From assembly GCA_003563465.1 (NCBI GenBank), contig PWVH01000037.1:674-64673 (forward strand): a DNA stretch of 64,000 nucleotides, written 5' to 3'. Under the pieces are notes generated by a model. It did no database searches and was not told where the DNA came from. It saw nothing but the letters and a program-made list of their open reading frames with translations. Shown here piece after piece: positions 36,333-45,220 of this stretch (positions are counted from its first letter, which is position 1; every line of letters starts with the position of its first letter). This stretch comes from Coriobacteriaceae bacterium (lineage in GTDB: Bacteria; Actinomycetota; Coriobacteriia; Anaerosomatales; SLCP01). A program made the position numbers and the translations under genes.

Positions 36333-37568
36333 TTGGCTGCTAGGAGAGGATATGCCGGTGGTCCACTGCCACGGTATCTCCTGCTTGGCGCGACGCTCTT
36401 TCTGTTGCTGGGTGGAATGGTAATGGTTTACTCGGCATCGTCTGTCGCCGCCTACGTCAACCTGCAGGACAGCGCGTACCATCTCAAGAGGCAAGTGCTC
36501 GGGGCAGGACTGGGTCTGGTAGCCATGCTTGCGATCATGTCGGTCGACTATCGTCGCTTACGCTGGACGTCGACGGCGATCTACGGCGCATCCCTTCTCG
36601 GCCTCGCGCTGGTACTGGTGATGGGTGTCGCCAAGTGGGGTGCGACTCGCTGGCTGGATCTCGGACCGTTTACGGTACAACCGTCGGAGTTCGCGAAGGT
36701 GGGCTGCGTCATGGTCTCAGCTCTCCTGATCGAGCAGTACCGAGCGGGACGTATCACGACCACCGAGTTCTGGAGGAGGCTATTCGTCTTGGTGGGCGTC
36801 GTGGTCGCCCTCGTCTTGCTGCAGCCAGACATGGGTACGGCCCTGGCTATATCCATTACTGTCTACTTGATGTTGATACTCGGCGGTTTCCGTGCGAGAG
36901 TCCTTGGTGCGATCGCCGCCGCAGGTGCTGCAACCGCGACGGCCCTCGTAGTTGTCGCACCCTACCGCGTCGACAGGGTGTTCGCGTTCTTCGATCCGTG
37001 GGCCGATCCTCAAGGCAGCGGCTATCAATCGATCCAGGCGATGTACGCGTTCGGCTCAGGTGGACTCGACGGCGTCGGTCTCGGTATGTCGCGCCAGAAG
37101 TTCTTCTATCTGCCTGCTGCACACACGGACTTCATCTTCGCTATCATCGGGGAGGAACTGGGATTGGTGGGCACGTTGGCCGTCGTTGCCGCTTTCGTGT
37201 TGCTGGCATATTCGGGAGTACGTATCGCCCTCGGTGCGCGCGACGCTTACGGCAGATTGCTGGCTGGAGGACTCACCTCCATGTTGGTTGGTCAGGCCGC
37301 TGTGAACATGGCCGCGGTCACGGGTCTGTTACCTGTTACAGGCATCCCGATGCCGTTGGTGAGTTCCGGTGGCTCATCGATGACACTGACGCTTCTGGCC
37401 ATCGGGATTATACTGTCCGTTTCCAAGTACGGCGTTCGTGTCGAACGGCGCGGGCGACCTCGAGTCGAGGAGAGTGCTGTTGCGTGTGTTGCTGAGCGGT
37501 GGGGGAACCGCCGGTCACATCTATCCTGCGTTGACGGTGGCCGATCGCCTGCTCGCAGACGGGCATGA
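36333..37568 (+). CDS. ftsW: SEDS-family peptidoglycan glycosyltransferase FtsW
   Basis: TTG 36333 has a GGAAGGAG SD and lies 1 nt after the murD stop. The protein is polytopic and contains PSEFAK and HTDFIF. The ORF-track start at 35970 lies inside murD. The 3' tail overlaps murG. Confidence 0.88.
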   Translation: MAARRGYAGGPLPRYLLLGATLFLLLGGMVMVYSASSVAAYVNLQDSAYHLKRQVLGAGLGLVAMLAIMSVDYRRLRWTSTAIYGASLLGLALVLVMGVAKWGATRWLDLGPFTVQPSEFAKVGCVMVSALLIEQYRAGRITTTEFWRRLFVLVGVVVALVLLQPDMGTALAISITVYLMLILGGFRARVLGAIAAAGAATATALVVVAPYRVDRVFAFFDPWADPQGSGYQSIQAMYAFGSGGLDGVGLGMSRQKFFYLPAAHTDFIFAIIGEELGLVGTLAVVAAFVLLAYSGVRIALGARDAYGRLLAGGLTSMLVGQAAVNMAAVTGLLPVTGIPMPLVSSGGSSMTLTLLAIGIILSVSKYGVRVERRGRPRVEESAVACVAERWGNRRSHLSCVDGGRSPARRRA

Positions 37569-38601
37569 GGTTCTGGTCGTCGGTACCCCGAACGGCCCGG
37601 AGGCCCGTCTCGCGCATGAGGCGGGTTTGTTGTTCCATGCTTTGCGGGCTAGGGGATTCGATCGCTCTAGGCCGCTCTCGCTATTGCCAGCCGTCGCGGT
37701 ATTGATCTCATCGACCGTTCATGCTTGGCGCCTGCTGCACAGGACACGGCCTCAGGTGGTCGTAGGCTTCGGCGGATACGTCTCTTTGCCGGTGGGCTTC
37801 GCATCCAGAATGCGCGGGATTCCACTCGTGCTGCACGAGCAGAACTCCGTTCCAGGAATGGCGAACAGGCTTCTTTCCAGGTGGGCGAGAGCGATAGCCG
37901 TGACCTATCCTCGATCGGTCTCGCGTCTTGGCGATGGAGGCCGTGTGACCGTGACCGGTAACCCTGTGCGAGCCGAGGTGCTCAATGCTGACAGAGACAG
38001 TGCCAGGAAAGCGTTGAAACTGTCTTCCAAGGCCGTGTTGCTGCTCGTTTTCGGCGGAAGTCGTGGAGCACGTCACCTCAACGAGGCGATGATCGCGACG
38101 CGCGATCGCCTCCTTCTCCAGCCCGATGTTCGCGTGATGCACGTGGCGGGGCACGCGGAGGCCGAGAGCGTTCGAGCTGCCGTGAAGGATTCCGGTGGCG
38201 ATGCAGGCGGACGCTACATGGTATTGGACTACATCGAGGACATGGGTTCCGCACTTGCTGCTGCAGACGTAGTGGTCGCCAGAGCCGGCGCGACCTCCAT
38301 AGCCGAGATCACGGCGGTGGGCCGCGCATCGGTTCTGGTGCCCTATCCCTATGCGACTGAAGACCATCAGACTCTCAATGCTCGCGATGTCGAAAGCATC
38401 GGGGGAGCTATCATGGTGGCCGATTCCGAACTCGACGGCGCGAGATTCGCCGAGGCCATCGAGGAACTCATCTCAAACCCAGAGAAGCGTGAGCGGATGG
38501 CTTCAGCAGCACTCGAGCTGGGTATGCCCGATGCGACAGAGCGACTTGCGGATCTGATCGTGGAGTGCGGATCTGAGAGAGGAAGTGAGCATCGCGCATG
38601 A
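37474..38601 (+). CDS. murG: undecaprenyldiphospho-muramoylpentapeptide beta-N-acetylglucosaminyltransferase
   Basis: Has the G-loop LLSGGGTAGHIYPAL. The start is ambiguous: GTG 37438, GTG 37474, TTG 37480 or GTG 37486, with an AGGAGAG SD at 37468. Confidence 0.9.
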   Translation: MLLRVLLSGGGTAGHIYPALTVADRLLADGHEVLVVGTPNGPEARLAHEAGLLFHALRARGFDRSRPLSLLPAVAVLISSTVHAWRLLHRTRPQVVVGFGGYVSLPVGFASRMRGIPLVLHEQNSVPGMANRLLSRWARAIAVTYPRSVSRLGDGGRVTVTGNPVRAEVLNADRDSARKALKLSSKAVLLLVFGGSRGARHLNEAMIATRDRLLLQPDVRVMHVAGHAEAESVRAAVKDSGGDAGGRYMVLDYIEDMGSALAAADVVVARAGATSIAEITAVGRASVLVPYPYATEDHQTLNARDVESIGGAIMVADSELDGARFAEAIEELISNPEKRERMASAALELGMPDATERLADLIVECGSERGSEHRA

Positions 38602-39989
38602 GCGAGCACGTGTACGCTCACTTCATCGGCGTGGGCGGTGCCGGAATGAGCGGCATCGCCAAGGTGCTTCACGGCCGAGGGATTCCTGTCAGCGGATCGG
38701 ATCTCAAGGAATCGCGCTATGCGCTCGCGCTGAGTGAGGCAGGCATCAGGGTCTCGATAGGACACGATGCCGAGAATCTCGGCGATCCCGAAGTGGTCGT
38801 GGTTTCCTCGGCGATTCCCGAAGCCAATCCGGAATTGATCGAGGCGTGCAGACGAGGATTGCCTGTGTGGCCGAGGGCCAAGATGCTGGCTCATCTGGCA
38901 GAGGAGCGTCGCACGATCGCGGTGGCAGGGACACACGGTAAGACGACCACGAGCTCGATGGTCGCCACCATGCTGGTAGAGATGAAGCTGTCACCAACCT
39001 TTCTTATCGGTGGCGAAGTCTCGGGATATGGGACCAACGCGATGTGCGGAACGGGAGATCACTACGTGGTAGAGGCTGACGAGTCGGACGGGTCCCTTGT
39101 CTATCTAGACCCGTTCGTCTCCGTCATCACAAATATAGAAGCCGATCATCTGGACCACTACGGCACCGTCGAGGCGGTGGAGGAGAGATTCAGGCAGTTC
39201 GTGGAGAAGACCGACAAAGCTGGCGCGACGATAGCTTGCTCTGACGATTCACGCACGCTGTCAGTCGCATCTCATTGCCGAGGGTGTGTGTTGACCTACG
39301 GCTCGGGTGAAGACGCTGACGTGCGTTTCTCGGTCGCAGAGACTTGCGGCGACGGGCATCACTTCCGGGTGTCGTTTCCGGGGGGCTGCAAGAGCGAGGT
39401 CACGATAGGGATACCTGGCATACACAACGTCTCGAATGCCACGGCTGCTCTGGCTGTGGCACACGTTCTCGGTCTTGACGCCGAATCCGCCGCCGCGGCT
39501 ATCGGTCGTTTCGGCGGCGTGAGACGCCGATACGATCTGGTCGGTGAGATGGGTGGCGTGAGGGTGGTCGACGATTACGCTCATCATCCGACCGAGGTGC
39601 GGGCGACTCTGGCTGCCGCCAAAGCCAGTGGAGCCAGGCGCATCTGGGTGGTTTTCCAGCCTCACCGTTACTCGCGAACCGAAGCACTAGGTCGTGAGTT
39701 CGGGTCCGCGTTCGAGGACGCCGACAGGCTCGTTCTTATGGACGTATACAGTGCTGGTGAGACTCCGATTCCAGGGGTGACGGGGAAGACGATAGTTGAC
39801 GAGGTGCTGTCACAGGATTTCCGGAGCCGGGTGACCTGGCTTCCGCACCGTTGGGAGGTCGCACCGTTCCTGGCGAGCTACACCAGACCCGGTGATCTCG
39901 TCATCACTATGGGGGCCGGAGATGTGACCGCGTTGGGTTCGGATATCCTTCGTGCGCTCGGAGACAAGGAGGCTTGTCAGTGTCGCTGA
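38598..39989 (+). CDS. murC: UDP-N-acetylmuramate--L-alanine ligase
   Basis: 463 aa with GVGGAGMSGIA and GTHGKTTTSSM. The ATG overlaps the murG stop (ATGA). Confidence 0.94.
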   Translation: MSEHVYAHFIGVGGAGMSGIAKVLHGRGIPVSGSDLKESRYALALSEAGIRVSIGHDAENLGDPEVVVVSSAIPEANPELIEACRRGLPVWPRAKMLAHLAEERRTIAVAGTHGKTTTSSMVATMLVEMKLSPTFLIGGEVSGYGTNAMCGTGDHYVVEADESDGSLVYLDPFVSVITNIEADHLDHYGTVEAVEERFRQFVEKTDKAGATIACSDDSRTLSVASHCRGCVLTYGSGEDADVRFSVAETCGDGHHFRVSFPGGCKSEVTIGIPGIHNVSNATAALAVAHVLGLDAESAAAAIGRFGGVRRRYDLVGEMGGVRVVDDYAHHPTEVRATLAAAKASGARRIWVVFQPHRYSRTEALGREFGSAFEDADRLVLMDVYSAGETPIPGVTGKTIVDEVLSQDFRSRVTWLPHRWEVAPFLASYTRPGDLVITMGAGDVTALGSDILRALGDKEACQCR

Positions 39990-40897
39990 TTCGAGCGTAC
40001 GAGAGGTTGAGCGGCGTTCTGAGCAGTCCGCTGAGATTGCGCGAGCCCATGGCTCGTCACACCACGCTCAGGACGGGCGGTCTTGCCGCAATGTTTCTCA
40101 TATGCGATACGCTATCCGACCTCTCTAAGACGCTCGAGACCCTCGCCGAGGAACAGGTTGAATGGACGGTTCTAGGTAAGGGCAGCAACGTGGTGGTCTC
40201 TGATGAAGGCTACGACGGTGCGGTGATAGTACTGGGACGCGATTTGAAGCGACATCATACCGACGGCGGCAAGATACATTCCGGCTCGGGAGTGACCCTG
40301 GCCGCCCTGGTGCAAGACTCTTACTCACGGGGGCTCACGGGTCTGGAGTTCGGTGTCGGGGTCCCTGGGACCGTTGGCGGTGCTCTCGCTATGAACGCTG
40401 GCACACGAGACGAATGGATCGGTTCAAGAACCGAGACTGTCACGCTCTTCATTCCCGGACGTGGACTCGAAGTCATCAGAGGGACCGACGTCGAATGGGG
40501 ATATCGCACCAGCGGGTTGCCCGATCTCGGAGTAATGGTGGAATGTGCACTGGACTTGGAGCCAGGTGACAAGGCTCTCATCCGTCGAGAGATGGACGCA
40601 CGGTTTCTTTGGCGAAAGGCCTCGCAGCCACAGGGGCTGCCGACCGCAGGTAGCGTGTTCATGAATCCCTGCGAGGACTCAGCCGGCCGGTTGATAGAGG
40701 CGTCGGGGCTGAAAGGCTTACGTTTCGGAGGGGCCCAGGTGTCCGAGGTTCACGCGAATTTCATCGTCAATGTCGGAGGCGCAACGGCGACCGAGGTACT
40801 GGCTCTGATCGATCACATTCGCAAGGTGGTGATCAGAGAGCATGGCGTCGAACTCAAACCGGAGATCCAGGTCCTCGGCGGGCCGAAAAGGACGTAA
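39974..40897 (+). CDS. murB: UDP-N-acetylenolpyruvoylglucosamine reductase
   Basis: 307 aa with a FAD-binding domain (TLRTGG, GKGSNVVVSDEG) and a C-terminal MurB domain (AGSVFMNP). Confidence 0.92.
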   Translation: MSVSLIRAYERLSGVLSSPLRLREPMARHTTLRTGGLAAMFLICDTLSDLSKTLETLAEEQVEWTVLGKGSNVVVSDEGYDGAVIVLGRDLKRHHTDGGKIHSGSGVTLAALVQDSYSRGLTGLEFGVGVPGTVGGALAMNAGTRDEWIGSRTETVTLFIPGRGLEVIRGTDVEWGYRTSGLPDLGVMVECALDLEPGDKALIRREMDARFLWRKASQPQGLPTAGSVFMNPCEDSAGRLIEASGLKGLRFGGAQVSEVHANFIVNVGGATATEVLALIDHIRKVVIREHGVELKPEIQVLGGPKRT

Positions 40898-41822
40898 GAG
40901 GGTCGTCATAGCACCGGGGCACCCCCGAGACGGAGATGCAGCGGCTTCACGGAAGAAGCAGGCATCCGAGCCCGCCCGTGCTCACGGGACGGGTGCTTCA
41001 TCTGGGCGAGGCCGAACCCCTGCTTCCGGCAAGTCGGTCAGGAGCCGCAAAGTAGCGGATGCCAAACGCATCGAGAGAGAGAGGCGTCTTGCACGTCAAC
41101 GTCGCGTGTTCCGCTTACGACTGGTCGCAGCCGCTCTGCTGGTCGCAGGATTGGCTACAGGAGCCGTCGCACTCTACAACTCATCCGTTTTCGAGATTCG
41201 AAGCGTCGAAGTCGTCGGTGCAGTGCGCCTGTCCGATGACGCAGTGCGCAGTGTCGCGGCGGTTCCCGAGGGCTCCACGCTGCTGCGGTTCCCGCGTACC
41301 GAGATGGTGGATCGGCTCTTGGCTCACCCCTGGATATACGGGGCACAGGTGAGCAGGGATTTCCCAGACGGAGTGCGGATCAGGATAGAGGAACGCAAGC
41401 CTGTGGCGCAGGTCGACACCGGCGAGGCGCGGTTCTGGTTGATCGACGTAGAAGGAGTAGTGCTCGAGCAACGCGCCCCGGAGACTACCGGCACACTGGT
41501 GACAGTGCGCGATCTCGAGGACTTCGATCCCGTGGTCGGAGAGGAATCAGACTCGAAGACACTTGCCAACGCACTCGCTGTTCTGGACGGACTCAGCGAA
41601 GAGCTGCGCATGAGGACAAGGGCGATATCTGCACAGTCTGTGGACGTTACGACCCTGATCACGACTGACGACGTGGAGATTCTTGTGGGCACGGCCGACG
41701 ACATCGGCAAGAAGGACGTCGTGGCGCGCCGCATACTCGAAGAACAGGCTGGAAGCGCCATCTTCATAAACGTCCGCACCGTGGACAGGCCGACGTGGAG
41801 GGGGCTGGAACCGGCGCAATAG
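40842..41822 (+). CDS. ftsQ: cell division protein FtsQ/DivIB
   Basis: Has a ~95-aa basic N-terminal tail, a TM helix (LVAAALLVAGLATGAVALY), a POTRA domain (FEIRSVEVVGAVRLSDDAV) and an FtsQ domain. The start overlaps the murB 3' end by 56 nt. Confidence 0.85.
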   Translation: MASNSNRRSRSSAGRKGRKRVVIAPGHPRDGDAAASRKKQASEPARAHGTGASSGRGRTPASGKSVRSRKVADAKRIERERRLARQRRVFRLRLVAAALLVAGLATGAVALYNSSVFEIRSVEVVGAVRLSDDAVRSVAAVPEGSTLLRFPRTEMVDRLLAHPWIYGAQVSRDFPDGVRIRIEERKPVAQVDTGEARFWLIDVEGVVLEQRAPETTGTLVTVRDLEDFDPVVGEESDSKTLANALAVLDGLSEELRMRTRAISAQSVDVTTLITTDDVEILVGTADDIGKKDVVARRILEEQAGSAIFINVRTVDRPTWRGLEPAQ

Positions 41823-41993
41823 GAGTTCCGATTCCACTCGGCCTTTTTGCTCGTCGGGAGCCTTCGATCAGAAGCAGACGTGCGTGCGGAATGTGGGTAC
41901 GCGCGTGCAGTCATCAAGCGCGCTCTCGCAGGCCCTATTGGCCTGGAGGCGGTCACTTCTTGGCGGGGACACGAGCAGATGCGGAGAACCTTC

Positions 41994-42022
41994 TTGCAAA
42001 TGGGTTGCTTCTGGAGTAAGGT
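41994..42022 (+). promoter_or_regulatory. candidate ftsZ-proximal promoter (TTGCAA-17-TAAGGT)
   Basis: The hexamers are at 41994-41999 and 42017-42022, inside the only AT-rich stretch of the 293-bp ftsQ-ftsZ gap. Confidence 0.35.
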
Positions 42023-42115
42023 TTATGCGAAGATTGAGTGTTACATGAGTACCATAAGTGTAAAGTTGAGGTTTAGCCCACTACCGCAGGGCACACCCGG
42101 ACCAGGAGGAGAAAG

Positions 42116-43192
42116 ATGCTCGACACGGGAGCGAACTACCTGGCAGTCATAAAGGTCGTAGGACTCGGTGGCGGCGGGATCAACGCGATAAACCGCATGG
42201 TGGAGGCCGGCATCAAGGGAGTGGAGTTCATCGCTGTGAACACGGATGCGCAGGCCCTCTTGATGTCGGATGCCGACTACAAGGTACACATCGGTGTGAG
42301 CCTGACGAAGGGTTTGGGCGCGGGGGCCGACCCGGATGTGGGGCGTCAGGCTGCTGAAGAGAGCCGCGAAGAGATTAAGGAAGCCCTGCAGGGTGCAGAC
42401 ATGGTATTCATCACGGCTGGTGAGGGCGGAGGGACAGGCACTGGAGGAGCTCCGATTCTTGCAGAGATCGCCAAAGATGAGATCGGAGCCCTGACGGTTG
42501 GAGTCGTGACGCGGCCGTTCGCCTTCGAAGGTAGGAAGCGGGCTTTGCAGGCAGAGGAAGGCGTCAACGCTTTGCGTGACAAGGTTGACACACTGATCGT
42601 GATTCCGAACGATCGCCTCCTTCAGGTCGCCGAGAAGAAGACATCGATACTTGACGCGTTCCGCATAGCCGACGACATCCTTCGGCAGGGCACCCAAGGC
42701 ATCACCGATCTCATAACCGTTCCGGGTCTTATCAACCTTGACTTCGCCGACGTTCGTACGATCATGGCGGACGCGGGATCGGCATTGATGGGAATAGGTC
42801 TCGCTGCCGGGGATAACCGTGCACATGATGCCGCGAAAGCAGCCATATCCAGCCCTCTACTGGAATCGAGCATCGAAGGGGCTCAAGGGGTGTTGTTGTC
42901 GATCGCCGGCGGCTCAGACCTAGGGCTCTTCGAGGTCAACGAAGCTGCAGAAGTGGTAGCTGCTGCCGCTCACCAGGACGCGAACATAATCTTCGGGGCG
43001 GTAATCGACGACTCGATGATGGATCAGATAAGAGTGACGGTGATAGCCACGGGTTTCGAGGGACGTCGCCGGAAGCAGGAGACCATGGAGTTCGGGCCGG
43101 TCGAAGAGGAAGGCCCCGAAATCCCGACATTCGAGCCTATCGGAGAGGACGAGCTGGACATCCCGGCTTTCTTGAAGAAGCGTTCCTTCTAG
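42116..43192 (+). CDS. ftsZ: cell division protein FtsZ
   Basis: 358 aa preceded by a GGAGGAG SD. It carries [13 protein letters not shown], the tubulin signature [10 protein letters not shown] and the C-terminal peptide DIPAFLKK. Confidence 0.97.
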   Translation: MLDTGANYLAVIKVVGLGGGGINAINRMVEAGIKGVEFIAVNTDAQALLMSDADYKVHIGVSLTKGLGAGADPDVGRQAAEESREEIKEALQGADMVFITAGEGGGTGTGGAPILAEIAKDEIGALTVGVVTRPFAFEGRKRALQAEEGVNALRDKVDTLIVIPNDRLLQVAEKKTSILDAFRIADDILRQGTQGITDLITVPGLINLDFADVRTIMADAGSALMGIGLAAGDNRAHDAAKAAISSPLLESSIEGAQGVLLSIAGGSDLGLFEVNEAAEVVAAAAHQDANIIFGAVIDDSMMDQIRVTVIATGFEGRRRKQETMEFGPVEEEGPEIPTFEPIGEDELDIPAFLKKRSF

Positions 43193-43281
43193 CGGATCAC
43201 ATCTGGGTCCCGGAGCTGCGGCGGTGAGGCCCCGTGGTTCCGGGACCCGTACTTCCGCGCATAGATGAATCGGTAAACGGG

Positions 43282-43309
43282 AAGGCCTGGTGCATTCACA
43301 CCAGGCCTT
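43282..43309. terminator. bidirectional stem-loop between convergent ftsZ and the DUF4013 gene
   Basis: AAGGCCTGGTG-cattca-CACCAGGCCTT forms a perfect 11-bp stem. A second perfect 10-bp inverted repeat (GGGTCCCGGA...TCCGGGACCC) lies at 43205-43248. The U-tracts are weak. Confidence 0.5.
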
Positions 43310-43346
43310 GTGTAGTCCGTCTCATGTGCACGCAGGCAAGAGAGTC

Positions 43347-44285
43347 CTAGGTCGGCTGTTCGTCATCATCCTCGTTCTCGACTTCCTCATCCGGTGTCTG
43401 AGGAGTATCGGCACCCGGCGCGGCCGAAGGTGGCTCTGCGCCAGAGACCGGGGGCCGGCTGGCGGGGGGCTCCGGAGGCTTCGGAGGTGCTGGGGGAGCA
43501 GGTGTCGCGGAAGGAGCCTGCGGTGGAGGGGGTTGCACGGAGGGAGTGTCGACGTGCGCACTAGACACAGGTGCACGGGCAAGCCCTGGCAGATCGTACG
43601 CCCGCGCAGCATACTGCCCGAAGAGATGAGCGGCCATGAGCGCGCCTACGAATCCCGTGGCGCCACTGATGAAGAGTGAAGCTATGGTTCCCAGTATAGG
43701 GATGATCGAAAGCACGCCTCCGATGAAACCTCCGATAAGAGTGGCACCAAGCAAGATGACGAAGCCCATGACCAGCGCTGTGAAGTAACCCGCATCGTGA
43801 GTCGAGAGCCGGCGCTTGATCTCTGCGAACGCGAAGAAGGTGCCGAACTGTTCGTGCATCGCGTAGTGGGTGAGCGCGGCTGCTGCGAAGATCCACACTG
43901 CGACCGCGTAGACAGCAGCGAGTGCGAATGCAAGACACGCTCCGCCACTTGCAGCAGTGCCGAATCCACGCTCGAAGGCGTACGGGTCGGTGACAGCGAG
44001 ACCTACGACGGGTATCAGACCGATCGCTGCGATGACGAGGGCGGGAAGCATGTATATCGAAAGTGCTATCGAAGCCAGAAGCCCACGTACCCAGAACCGT
44101 CCGAAAAGGCTCCATTCAGGCAGGGGCGTCTCCTTGCCGTGGGCACAGTTGCGGAGGTAGTCGAGATAGTATCCCGTGAGTGCGAAGCCCGTGAAAGGTA
44201 TGACGGCCCATACTCCTCCCAATAGGGCTTTCGTGATCCAAGAGGGGTCTTTGAACGGCGCCCCTATCCCTCTGCCGATGTCCAT
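43347..44285 (-). CDS. DUF4013-like polytopic membrane protein with a ~70-aa proline-rich, acidic-ended C-terminal tail
   Basis: 312 aa preceded by a GGGGAGGAG SD. The N-terminus (GAPFKDPSWITKALLGGVWAVIPFTGFALTGYYLDYL..PLPEW) matches the DUF4013 pattern as I recall it. The tail reads PPPPQAPSATPAPPAPPKPPEPP...DEEVENEDDDEQPT. Confidence 0.8.
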   Translation of the reverse strand: MDIGRGIGAPFKDPSWITKALLGGVWAVIPFTGFALTGYYLDYLRNCAHGKETPLPEWSLFGRFWVRGLLASIALSIYMLPALVIAAIGLIPVVGLAVTDPYAFERGFGTAASGGACLAFALAAVYAVAVWIFAAAALTHYAMHEQFGTFFAFAEIKRRLSTHDAGYFTALVMGFVILLGATLIGGFIGGVLSIIPILGTIASLFISGATGFVGALMAAHLFGQYAARAYDLPGLARAPVSSAHVDTPSVQPPPPQAPSATPAPPAPPKPPEPPASRPPVSGAEPPSAAPGADTPQTPDEEVENEDDDEQPT

Positions 44286-44356
44286 CGCACTCCTCCCCGA
44301 TCACGCCGCCGGCGGGGCCGACGGCTCGGTATCGACATGAGTGAGAGTATCATTCC

Positions 44357-45220
44357 TTGATGACGGAAGGGATGAGAACTGGCATGGATCCCATCGTTCA
44401 GCCTTCGCTTGAGCGTCGCCGAAGAGATGACGGCGTCACGCTATGGACGGACCCCTCGCTCGCCTCGCTAGGTGTCATCGTGGCATTCAGCGAACGAGGC
44501 GGTGGAGTCAGCGCCGCTCCCTACGATGGGCTGAACCTTGCCGGACACGTCGGCGATGAAGCCTCGGCGGTGGACACCAACCGCACACTCCTCTTGGATG
44601 CGTTGGGCATCAGTCGGCTCAGGAAGCGGCTTGTGACCGCCGAACAAGTGCACGGGGAAAGAGTTGGAGTAGTAGGTGAAGGCGAGGCAGGTTCTGGGGC
44701 CTTTGCTGGCGGTGGCGAGCCGCCCCTGCCTGCTTGCGACGTGCTCTTGACTTCTCAGCCGGATACTCCGCTTCTGATGCTTTATGCGGACTGCGTGCCC
44801 GTTGTGATGGTGGCATCAGGCTCACTTTGCGCGGTGTGCGTGGTACACGCCGGATGGCGGGGTGCCCTGGCCTCGCTACCGGGTAAGGCCGCGGTGGCTC
44901 TGTCCGAGCATGCGAAGTGCGCAGCATCGGATCTGGTGGTATATGTGGGTCCTCACATCGCGGCTTGCTGCTATGAAATGGATGAAAATATCCTTTCGCA
45001 TTTCTGCAACACATTTGATACCATCGGCGCGGTCGATGATCGACTCGATCTGACGGCAGCCATACGGGAGAGTCTCACGCGGGCGGGTGTGAATCAGACA
45101 CGGATAGTAGAGGTGAACGAGTGCACCCGCGACCACACTGACAGGTTCTTCTCGTACCGCGCAAGTCCTTTGACGGGAAGGCACGGTGCACTAGCTGTGA
45201 TCGCAAAGGCGCGTACATGA
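44357..45220 (+). CDS. pgeF: laccase-domain protein YfiH/PgeF (peptidoglycan editing factor family)
   Basis: Has YADCVPV, VHAGWRG and GPHIAACCYE motifs. The start is TTG 44357 or ATG 44360. Confidence 0.85.
   Translation: MMTEGMRTGMDPIVQPSLERRRRDDGVTLWTDPSLASLGVIVAFSERGGGVSAAPYDGLNLAGHVGDEASAVDTNRTLLLDALGISRLRKRLVTAEQVHGERVGVVGEGEAGSGAFAGGGEPPLPACDVLLTSQPDTPLLMLYADCVPVVMVASGSLCAVCVVHAGWRGALASLPGKAAVALSEHAKCAASDLVVYVGPHIAACCYEMDENILSHFCNTFDTIGAVDDRLDLTAAIRESLTRAGVNQTRIVEVNECTRDHTDRFFSYRASPLTGRHGALAVIAKART

Noticed and set aside
36635-37495. 286-aa alternative-frame ORF inside ftsW.
   Set aside because: It is extremely Arg-rich with no TM helices, whereas the main frame gives a canonical SEDS protein.
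42041-42826. 261-aa minus-strand ORF antisense to the ftsZ 5' half and its leader.
   Set aside because: ftsZ is unequivocal. The antisense ORF has no SD or motif and would start inside ftsZ coding sequence.
43347-43560. Proline-codon-rich repetitive DNA (CCn runs) that might be a tandem repeat or array.
   Set aside because: It is in frame with, and forms the C-terminal tail of, the DUF4013-like ORF. It has no unit-length periodicity or spacer structure, so it is low-complexity coding sequence.
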